Positions 13,332 to 24,500 of a DNA stretch of 64,000 bases are shown here, in pieces. The translations under genes were made by a program, and so were the position numbers. The stretch is from positions 89,900,001-89,964,000 of the forward strand of contig NC_043003.1 of the NCBI RefSeq assembly GCF_006345805.1. Direction: 5' to 3'. How positions within the stretch are numbered: position 1 is the first letter of the stretch; every line of letters starts with the position of its first letter. The notes under the pieces were generated by a model that saw only the letters and a program-made list of their open reading frames with translations, did no database searches and had not been told where the DNA came from. The DNA is from Octopus sinensis (taxonomy: Eukaryota).

Positions 13332-14383
13332 TTTTTTAAGGATAGTGTCCTGATAGCTAACAACTGCTCCATATAGTTTCTTCCATGCTTTGGTTTTTCT
13401 GGACATGAAGAGTTTCTGAAAGTCATAAGACTCTTCTTCTTTTTTTTCTTTTTTAAGCACATTATATTTTTAATATTGTTTCTGATTTCAGTACAAGACC
13501 AGGAAAAACTAGCAATTTTGAGTGGAAAAAGTTAAATCAGTTAAATCAACTCCAGTATTTGATTGATACTTTATTTTATAGAAATCCAGGAAGTGAAAGT
13601 TAAAGTTGACTGCACTAGGATTTGAATTCAGAATGTAAAGAGTCAGAAGAAATATTGGTTTCAAATTTTGGCACAATGCAGCAATTTGGGGTGGGGGGGG
13701 GTGTAATTACATCATCCCCAGTGCTCAACTAGCATTTAATTTATTGACCCTGAAAGAGTGAAAGGCAAAGTCGACCTCAGCATAATATGAACTCAGAATG
13801 TAAAGACAGATGAAATGCTGCTAGGCATTTGACCTGATCTGCTTACAATTCTGCTAGCATGTTGCCATAGTTGGAAGAAATATTACAAATCATTTATTTC
13901 TATGCTCTTATAATTGTGCCAGCTCAAACTAACCCACTTTAAAATGGGAATGGTTCTTATTTTTTCAGTTAGTAAAACTAGATAGTCGTAGCTAACTTTT
14001 GTATCACCTTAAAATCAATCAGTCAGTGATTGTTTAAAAAAAACAAAAACTTTATGAATGCAACCTTATGACACGGAACAAACAAAATCTTAGAAGAAAT
14101 AGTGATGATACATCTGAGAACATAGAATTGCGCAGAAATCAGTATTGTAATCTTGAAATATGGAGCTAGTTGCTGTATTTACTGTAAATCCATCCAACCG
14201 TTTCAAGCTTGGAGCAATAGATGTAAAAGTGCTACTGGTTATAGAATCTAGAATATATCATTAACATTTTTCATTGTTTTGAGCAATGTGTATTTCATCT
14301 GCTATTTTTGAAACTACAAACTTTATTCTGTTTGAAAAAATCTTGTGCATATGACCAATTTATCAGTAAATATTCTAGTTTAA

Positions 14384-14591
14384 CCCTTTAGCATTTAAAC
14401 TGGCCGCATTCAACCCATATATTCTGTTTTATGTTCAAACTGACTAGATCTGACTTCTCACGTCTACCCTACAATGTCATTCCAAAAATATATCACATCA
14501 TTGAAACTTCAAAGCCACTAGATAATACATGATTAATTCAAAGTTATAGGAAAAAATATTACATTTGAAAAGTAACCTGAATGTTAAAGGG
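14384..14591. mobile_element. piggyBac-type MITE family A
   Basis: TTAA|CCCTTTAGCATT ... AATGTTAAAGGG|TTAA. Confidence 0.88.
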
Positions 14592-14689
14592 TTAAACACC
14601 CTACAATCTATAAAATTTTTCACATTTCCAAATAATGTTTCTTCAGTGTGTTGACTGTTGTTTAACCCCAGGTCAGCATCTTATGTTCT

Positions 14690-17135
14690 TAGTGTTTACT
14701 TGAATTGCTTGAGTTATTCAGGAAGGCGTCATCCCCAAAGACTGGTGCAGCAGAGTCTTATGGTCAGCTGTAAGGTGATGCCTTAGGCAGAAACAATTAC
14801 AGAGGTATCAAAATGCTCAATCAGGTCATGGAAATTACAGAGAGTTATGCCTCAACTAATTAGGGATAGAATTAAACTAGATGAGATGCAGTTTGGCTTT
14901 ATAGAGAGACAGTTGCAAGAAAAGTATTTGGCCAAAAGTAAGCCATTGTTATTTAGCCTTCATTGACCTGGAGAAAGCTTTCAACAGGGTTCTCTGCTCT
15001 CTTATTTGGTAGTCTCTAAGGAAGCTAGGAGTAGAGGAATGGCTTGTTATAGCGGTTCATGCCATGTACAGCGATGCTCTCAGTAAACTGAGAGTTGACC
15101 TTGAATACAGTGACAAATTTAGCGTAAAAGTTGGAGTACACCAGGGATCAGTTCTTAGTCCACTCTTATCTCTCATAGTTCTCAAGGCCATAACAGATGA
15201 ATTCAAAACTGGATGCCCATGGAAACTATTATATATGGATGATCTTGCTTTTATTGCAAAATCTGAAGCAGAATTGGAGAAGTTCTGGGTTTGGAAGCAA
15301 AACCTGGAATCAAAGGGCCTTAAAGTTAATTTAGCTAAGACTAAAGTTGTTGTTAGCAATAAAGGAGATAAGACTCTCATTCTGGCTGGCCCTGTTCAAT
15401 ATGTAGGAAAGTAGTGGGATGTAATTCAATTCACTGCACCAAGTATAACCTATGGACACATAAGAGATGCAGTGGAATCATGGGAAGATTATCAAATAAG
15501 GTTGCTTTTGTGTGTGGCAGATGTGCAGGAACAGTAAGTACTAAGAGCACGAGAGACTTAAACTCTCTCAAATGCTCAGGAGGCTCTCTTGAGGTAGTCG
15601 ATAGTTTCTGCTATTTAGGTGACCAAATTAGCAATGGTGATGGATGCTCTGAAAACATTGTTTCTAGAATAAGAACAGGGTAGAGGAAGTTCAGAGAACT
15701 ACTACCTCTGTTGGCAGCAAAAGAACTCTCTCTCAAAGTGAAAGGTAGGTTGTATGATGCTTGTGTGAGAACAGCTATATTACATGGTAGTGAGACATGG
15801 GTTCTGACTGTGGAAAACATGCGTAAGCTGGAGAGGAATGACTAGTATGCTCCATTGAATTTTCCACATCAGTGTGCATGACCAACAAAGCACAACTGTG
15901 TTGAGAGAAAAGTTAGGCTTAAGAGGGATTAAATGTGGTCTGCAGAAGAGAAGACTGCGTTGGTTTGGACATGTGATGTATATGAGTGAAGACAGCTGTA
16001 TACAGAAGTGCCTGTCACTGAAAGTGGATGGTACCTGTGGAAGAGGGAGACCCAGGAAGACAGAGGATGAAGTAGTGAGGACTGATCTTAGGATGTTGGG
16101 ACTCATGGAGGAAATGACAATAGACCAAGATGTTTGGTAATATCAGGTTCTAGAGAAGACCTGTCCATGAAACTGAGTGCTAGAAGAGTTGTATCTCACC
16201 CACATGTCGCAACACACTTTTCACCTACTCTACCCTAAGAAATCAAACTACAACTCCTCTTCTAATTGCATTTTTCCCTTCCTCACATTTCTTCCTCATA
16301 CATTATGATTGTTTTCTAATCCTCTTTCTTACCCTCACTTCTCTGCTCACTGTGTCACTGCTCCCCACTCTTCCCACCATCCACACCCACTTCCTATTTT
16401 TCTAACCAGGTTCTTCATTCATATTCTTGTTACTTGTGAGTATATCCAAGCACTACACCATCTCTCTTCTGCTCTCACATATTTGTTGTTTCCTACTTTC
16501 TCTCTCTTTGGTCACTCTCTCTCTCTCTTCTTGTTTTTCCTCTGACTAGGTAAGCAAGTATTAATCTCTTTCTATACCTCTCTCTCACTCTCTCTCTCTC
16601 TCTCTCTCTCACTGGGTAACCACGTACCTCTCTATAGCAAGACACCTATTTCTGCCTTTCTATTTCTCTGTTACACTCTAACCTTTCATCATTTGATATG
16701 GGATCACCTTCTCTAATATCTCCGCTGTTGTGGCAAGACACCTGCTTCTGTCTCTCTGTCACACTTTAACTTTCATTCTCTAACTTATTCCTTGCCCCTC
16801 TCATAATTTCTTGTCTTGTGGGTTACTTGGTTACATGCCAGTGCTGGTGCCATGTTAAAAGCATCCAGTCCACACTGTAACATGGTTGGGTATCTGGAAG
16901 GGATTCCAACTGTAAAAATTTTGCCAAAAGTAACTTCACCTGTGCTAGTGTCATGTAAAAAGCACTGAGTCCACTCTCCAGAGTGGTTGATGTTAGGAAA
17001 GGCATCCAGCTGTAAAATCCCTGCCAAAATAGACACAGTAGCCTTGGGTAGATTTTCTACCTGGCCAGCTCCTGTCAACCGTCCTACCCATGCATGCATG
17101 AATGTTAGACATTAAATAATGGTGATAATGATATT
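14690..17135 (+). mobile_element. Degenerate 5'-truncated RTE LINE (RT C-terminal half, CT-rich 3' UTR, TGA-type tail)
   Basis: VKVGVHQGSVLSPLLSLIVLKAITDEFKTGCPWKLLYMDDL (YADD-like), RRLRWFGHV, GRGRPRKT. Confidence 0.9.
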
Positions 17136-17178
17136 GCTGAATTAGCTGTTTTTCATGAGGCTGTCTATTTCATCTTAA

Positions 17179-17383
17179 TCCTTTCACTACTATATTTCTG
17201 TTGAAATACACTGTCTTTGTTTCAATTAATTTTAAAAATAATAATGAATTTAATAAAATAACTTTGTCCTTATTAATTTTGTGTTTGAAATTTTGACGGA
17301 AGATTTTAACTTGGTTCACTTTGAAACAGGAAGTTTGTTTCATAGGACCATGTGTGGTTGCAGGCAGGTTGATATCAAAAGGG
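17179..17383. mobile_element. piggyBac-type MITE family B
   Basis: TTAA|TCCTTTCACTACTATATTTCTG ... GATATCAAAAGGG|TTAA; partial copies near 5600-5775, 26860-26995, 38080-38238 and 38256-38467. Confidence 0.8.
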
Positions 17384-17502
17384 TTAATATAGATGTGGTA
17401 CTTAGTTTATGGTCAACTGAAATAAGTATGATAATTTACTTTATCATTAATGCAAAGTTTAGTTTAGAACCCTTTTATGGCTATATTTCTAATGAGTAGA
17501 CT

Positions 17503-17870
17503 ATCATCATCATCATCATCATCATTTAATGCCCATTCTCCATATTAGCTTAGGTTGAACGGCTTGACAGGAACCGGCGAGGCCATACTGGGTTCCATAG
17601 TCTGTTTTGGCTTGGTTTCTATAGCTGGATGCCCTTCCTAACACCAACTCCACAGGTGCTTTTTATGTGGCACTATCATCACTACTTTTACGTGGCATCT
17701 TGGTTTTAGGATCTCGGTTCTGTTGTGGTGGGTGGGCCTTATCCAGCAATGCATCACGTATCTCAGTCCTCTGTCACCTCCTTCGTAAGGTTCAACATTT
17801 TGAGATCAGCCTTCAGTACTTCATCCCATGTCTTCTTGGATCTCCCTCTTCCAAAACTGCCCTCAATCTT
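17503..17870 (-). mobile_element. RTE 3' end fragment
   Basis: (TCA)n tail, gctggatgcccttcctaacacc, catcccatgtcttcttggatctccc. Confidence 0.75.
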
Positions 17871-18002
17871 TAATCAAAATTTTGGAAGAGTTCGATAAAA
17901 TCTCTGTAACATTGTATTTGTATTTTATGTTGGTGTTCCCCAACAGAAATACCAGAATATCATTCATGATGCGATGAGAATTTGAATGAAATTTTATTTT
18001 AA

Positions 18003-18457
18003 CCCTTTTGCAATCTGCTTGAGACTTCCCTGGAACTATGATAGAAAGTTTTTAAGTGATTTAAATTAAAACCTTCCATCAAAATTTCAATTTATGTTTC
18101 AAATTCCAGCTTAATAATAAGAGTAATTTTACTGAGTTTGTCATGACCTTCAAAATTAATCAAAAGAAAGGCAGTGTATTTCAGTAAAATATAGTAAAAA
18201 TGTAAAAGTAAAATCTGACCAATTTAACCCTTTTGTTACCATATTTCTGTTAAAATACATTGCCTTTCAGTTAATACTGAAAATAATGAAGACTCTCTTA
18301 AAATAATTTGCCATTATTTAAATGATGTTTATAACATAGATTAATATGAAATTTTAATGGAAAGTTTAAATTTAGATCACTTTAAACAGGAAACTTGTAT
18401 CTAAACTTCCTGTTTAAAGAAAAGCAGGCAGTCTCAGGCAGATTGGTATCAAAAAGA
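18003..18457. mobile_element. Two family B MITEs back to back in opposite orientation
   Basis: TTAA|CCCTTTTGCAATCTGC at 18003 (reverse copy to about 18210); TTAA|CCCTTTTGTTACC at 18228 to AAAAAGA|TTAA at 18457. Confidence 0.8.
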
Positions 18458-20157
18458 TTAATACTGATAATATCAAGTGGGTCTGTATGAAAAGAGTTAA
18501 GTTTCATATGGAGTTTTTTTTTACAACTGGAACCCACCCTTAATACAAACTACCTTTTCCTATTGTTTTTAGAGCATACAGAGATGAAGCTAGACCTAAA
18601 AATGAGGTTCCATGTAGAGGTACATACATTACATATTGTAAAACAATCTTAACAAAACCTGCATCTTCAGTTATGGTGGAATTTGGTTTTAGCTTTCTAA
18701 TGACCTAAGCATTAATTAAGCATTGTCAGAAAATGAATTCACTGAATGGATATTTCAGATTAGTCTCTTCTAAATAGGCTGCAATTAATGTGTTTTCAAG
18801 AGACACACCCATTCCTTAAAAGGTAGATGTCTTTTCATTGTTGAATAGGAGTTTTTCTGGTGGTAGAAGTCATTATTAGTAGCAAAATAATGAGGGAAGG
18901 TGATTCAGTACAAACAGTAGGTGACCAGACTTTTAGTGTGTTTTGCTCAATGTTTTTCTTTTCTGTTAGGATGTCTTTATGAGCATCAACCCTTATAGAT
19001 GTTGTTAAAAGAAATACCAGTAGAATACTGTTATTCATTTCCAGTCTTCCATGAAACTATGTCTGGTCATGGAGAAATATATATGGAGAAAGGCATCCAG
19101 TTGTAGAAAATCTACCTCAACAAATTCCATCAGACCCATATAAGCATGGGAAAGTAGATGTTAAATATTGATAATGATGTTTGTAGCTCTGCTAATCTTT
19201 TATGTATATAACTTTGTAAAATATCTCCTCCCTTCTAAATGTTATTAAAAAAAATACTTGTAACAAACTGAAATTGATTCAGTTGACTTGACATACCTTC
19301 TTTCAAAAATTGACCTTGTGCTTATTCAAATTATTAATATTTAAATTGTTGTTGTTCATAGCTCTGCTATCCTTTTTACATTTGTAACTGCTTTGAGAAA
19401 TATTATCTACTCATAGCAAACACATCTATGACATCATGCATTAGCATTGTGTATTTAAATGAAACTTCTGAGACATGACATCCCATGTAGTTGACTTAAT
19501 CATTCCTCACTCTGTCGTAGTTCACTGACTCACAGCCAGTTGACTTTTTTTTTTTTAATTCAAACATTTGAACTAAAAAGACTAAAAATATATTTCAGAA
19601 AGCCATCGTTGTTAATGTTAACCTTGAAATACTTACCTAATATCTGCGTCATAGGTTTCAGCTGTTTTTATTTTTTCAGTGTCTTCTATTCAGTCAAGCT
19701 GGTTTAAACCTTGTGCCCTTTGAGCACTGAATTCAAATTAGAATTGTTGAAGACTTGAAAGAACATTAGTTTCTATTCATATCAGGCACTTTGTATTCAA
19801 ATCAAATGTAGTACACTTGAAATAATCTATGAATGATATTACATAGCATACAGCGATTGGTGTAGTGGTGATTCGTTTGATAAGTCTGCAATACAGGTTC
19901 AAGTCCTTGCTGGAATTTTACTTCATTTATGCCTCATGCTTGTGTTTTTCAGATTTAGTCATTATCCCAAGGGAAACACCCCCCCCCCACACACACACAC
20001 ACACTTCACCAGCCAGTTTTACTTGCTATTAACTCATTAATTATAACAACGGTTTCAGAGAATCCAATAAGGGTTTATCTGAAATTTTTTCTCTTTAAAT
20101 GTTTTTATTTTTCCTAATTTAAGTGTCCCACTTTATTATTTATTTTTGCATTCACAG

Positions 20158-21588
20158 ATACCACTACTTCTACAACCTCTTCTAATTCCAAAACATACAC
20201 CAAGTTCATTCCATCTTATGAATACGAATCACAGTTAAACCACAACCAAGCATGTGGCTCTGAAAAAAATACTACTACTGTCCCCTCAGGTCACAATGGG
20301 AATAACAGTGATTCACATGCAATTAAACCAAAACTTGCTGACTTTCATTTCATGCCCAAGGTTAGTCAACCTCAAAGCAACAAGGACTATAGGTCAAGTC
20401 TAAATGGGGAGGTTTGTCCTTCTGAAAGGGTTGGTGATTATGATTTACTCAAAGCTCAATATGAACGGGCTAAAAATGAGTTGCTCTCATTAAAAAGACA
20501 ACAGGCTGAAGCTGGAAAAGATTCAGAGACCTATCGCAAGAAGTATGTCTGTTTCTTAAATTTGGTGCCGCAGTCTGCTGAAAATAACGATAATTTTAGT
20601 AGTCAGAACTTGGATTTTAATGCACGCATGAAACGACTTGAGCAAGAAGTCAGTGAAAAGCAAGAAGCCTTAGAATTGCGAAAGCAACATCAGGAACCAA
20701 CTCTAGAAGTTGGTATGAATGAGGTGGCTGGGAAAATGTGTGATAATCCTTCTCATACTTATGATGGATTATATAAACAGTATGAAATACTTCATCAACG
20801 TTATACAGATTTAGTTACTAAACACACAACAACACTTAGTGAACTGAAAAATATTCGTGAAGAAATAGGGCATACACAAAAAAGCTATGAAGATCTTTGT
20901 TTAGAGCGAGACAATGCTGTGAGTGAAAGAAACAGCTTGCAGCAACAATGCACCACGGCAATCAGGAATTGGGATGCTTCCATACATGAAATCAGTGAAC
21001 TTAAAGATACATTAGATGTCTTAAATCTGCAACGTGAAAAACAGATTAAAGACTCTCAACAGACAATAGTCATACATCTGCAAACAAAAAAAGATCTGGA
21101 AAATGTATCTCGTGAACGAGATGCTGCACTGCGGGAGTATTCGTTGATTATGTCAGAACGTGATATGGTACACAAAGAGATAGAGCAGCTGCAAGACAAA
21201 GTTACAGAAGCGACCAAACGAATTGAAGTTGTTGAAGGAGAAAATAAAAACCTTGAAAGTGATGTAAAAAAGCTGCAAAATCAGGCTGTGGTGGCTTTAA
21301 ATGAGCGTGATAAAGCCCTTAAAGATTACGCAGATCTTTTCCAAAAGTATAATGATGTCATTACAAAGCATGATGGCAACAGCAACCGAGAAGACTTTCC
21401 TTCCAACTATTCTTTACTTTCTCAAGACCATCTTAGTTATAATCACCAACAGATGGAAGAACAAAACATGTTGTTTCGGGAAAGTTTTGAACGAATGCAA
21501 ATGGAGAAAGCAGAAGAAATTGAACAGGGTGAACGTGAGGCAAATGGATTACGAGCTCAAATTGAGAAGCTGCAGCATGAATTAAATG
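20158..21588 (+). CDS. DLG5: DLG5 exon, 1431 nt, coiled-coil region
   Basis: Acceptor ttcacag, donor G|gtaagt. Open throughout (ORF 20352-21611 plus 64 open upstream codons). Heptad-rich: [45 protein letters not shown]. Phase 1-1. Confidence 0.93.
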
Positions 21589-24500
21589 GTAAGTCTGGCA
21601 TGCAGTTCTAATATTGTTATCATTCAAAATAGATTGCTTTCTATTAATTATTTCTTTTTCATAATGAATCACTGATACGAGCAGAAGATAGCCTATAGTT
21701 TATAGAACCCCCCCCCTACTTCAATAGCTAACACCTATACTCTTTTACTCTTTTACTTGTTTCAGTTATTTGACTGCAGCCATTCTGGAGCACCGCCTTT
21801 AGTCGAGCAAATTGACCCCGGGACTTGTTCTTTGTAAGCCCAGTACTTATTCTATTGGTCTCTTGCCGAACCGCTAAGTGATGGGGACGTAAACACACCA
21901 GCATCGGTTGTCAAGCAATGCTAGGGGGACAAACACAGACACACAAACATATACACACACACTTATATATATATACATATATACGACAGGCTTCTTTCAG
22001 TTTCCGTCTACCAAATCCACTCACAAGGCATTGGTCGGCCCGGGGCTATAGCAGAAGACATTTGCCCAAGATGCCACGCAGTGGGACTGAACCCGGAACC
22101 ATGTGGCTGGTTAGCAAGCTACTTACCACACAGCCACTCCTGCGCCTATATTTCAAATGATTATGAAATACTAAATGGCATCAATAGAATGCAAGATTTA
22201 TATATTGCATGTGGAAGAAAAAATAGACATATGACTAGAGATTCATACAGGTGCAGGAGTGGCTGTGTGGTAAGTAGCTTGCTTACCAACCACATGGTTC
22301 CAGGTTCATTCCCACTGCATGGCACCTTGGAGTGGAATTTGGTAGATGGAAACTGAAAGAAGCCCATCGTAAATATATATTATATGTGTGTGTCTGTGTT
22401 TGTCCCCCCCCCCCAACATTGCTTGACAACTGATGGTGGTGTGTTTACGTCCCCGTAACTTAGCAGTTCAGCATAAGAGATTGATAGAATAAGCACTAGG
22501 CTTACAAAGAATAAGTAATGGGGTCGATTTGCTCGACTAAAGGTGGTGCTCCAGCATGGCTGCAGGCAAATGACTGAAACAAGTAAAAGAGTAAAAGAGT
22601 ATACTTACAGTTAATTTGTCTATTTATTGCTTCTAAATCCGCAAATAGAAATTAACAGTTGGAATTATTTAAATTTCAGAAATGTAGGATTTTACCCATT
22701 ATTTTAATGTTTTTTTTATGTTTGTATAATATCTAGGTTTTTCATTTTCTATTTTTATGTATCTAAAGTTTGAGTATACTGTATATAATCTATTAAATCC
22801 ATTGATCAGCATCTTAACCATTATTAAAGTAGTGGATCACTTCTGACAATGTGTCTTTTGAACAAATTTTTAATGATAATGTTTTTTTGAACTTGATAAT
22901 TATGAACTGTTCAACTTCCATGGCAAATATCCATTTAGTTTTGCACACCAACACCTGTCATTCTAGCCTTTTAATTAATTGGTTCGTGTAAAAGTGAAAC
23001 TTAGTTTTATTGTTCCTCGTAGAATGAAATACTAATGTAACCTAAATAATATTTGTCCTGCAAAATTCTACCCTTTGAACTTGATACTATCAACTACTAG
23101 TGTTCTTGCAACTGTGAGCCAACTTAAGAGCATAAGAGATTACATTGATTAAATACAAGGTCTCGTGTAAAAGTATTGGTACTGTTGCTATAAAAAGAAA
23201 ATTGCAACGCATATATGAATTTGGTATTTAATCTCCTCTGAAGTAGTCTACTTCTGAAACCACTCACTTTATTCAACATTGTTTCCACCGATGGAACCAT
23301 TCCTGGAACTCCTTTTTGAGGATAGTGAGCAGCTACCTTGTTGCATTCTCTAGGACTTCCTTGATATCACAATTGAGGAGACCCTATGTAGTTGAAGCCT
23401 AATCATTTCAAGACAACTACACTCTACACACTTTATTTCCAAGAACTGCTATAAATAATGGAAGTGAGCAAGAACGTTATAACTTAATGTGCACTCATGA
23501 CAGAGTTCCAGGTCAATCTGTGCCAGGCAGCTTCCCTCTGCATACTTTAGCTCAGTTACCGTAGCAACAGCTCCAATACTTTTTGATTAGATCTCATTTG
23601 TAAATCTTATTTATTTTCAGTTTTCATGTTGCACAACTGGGTTTATATTTTCCTTTTGAAGTAACTATTTCATTCCCTCAGGCCATTTGAACTAATTCTG
23701 GTATTCTTGAATCACATATACTACTTCCATTTATCTTATTTGTTAATTTAATTTTTAATTTTAGAAAATTCAATAGCTTTTCTAAAACATTTATACCTAC
23801 ACACTATAGTATATGTTTGACTTACAAAGCACTGTGTATTTCTAAGATTATGGCATTAAGTTGACTTTGACCTGTACTGTAAACAATTGAATGTAGTGAA
23901 GTTAATATATGAGTATTTGAGATTTTTGCTTTATGTCTCAAAGTCTAAAGCACAGTTATGATTGAGAAGTTCATTTCCCAACTATGTGGTTTTAGGTTCA
24001 GTCCCTCTGTGCTGCACCTTGATCGGACCTAAACCTTGTGAATGAATTTAGTAGACAGAAACTAAGAGAAGACTGTCTTGTGTGCCTTTGTATGTGTGTA
24101 TTTGTGTTTGTTTACATCTGATAGCTTGTATAAAAGTAGTGTTGTTTTTCATTTCTTCTGTCAACAAATTGTCAAGTCACTTCATGCCTTCAAAGCCATG
24201 TGAAGTAAGAGAAACTAGACTTAAGAAACAGGTAAAGATTAACATCAGAAAGGCTATAAAGCAATACCTTGAATAACATTCGTTGACCTCATGCAAACAT
24301 GGAAAAATAGGTGAAAAACAAACAAATAAAAAATTGTGCTTTGTGTTTAGAATGGTTCTTCTTTCAAATACTTCAACTTCTGTTTATGATTTGATACTAA
24401 TTTGTCTCATTTAACAAACATAAATATGAGAAATAGATATATTTTTATAAGTGATGAGAAAAAAGGGAAAAAGAAACTGAAAAGTATGGACATAAAGACA

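Noticed and set aside
13206-13460. ORF with KFHASQNLPILFQ, superficially like the end of the DLG5 CARD
   Set aside because: It is on the wrong strand for DLG5. The + strand copy at 10785 follows SINE sequence and has no usable donor or frame. The likeness is probably chance.
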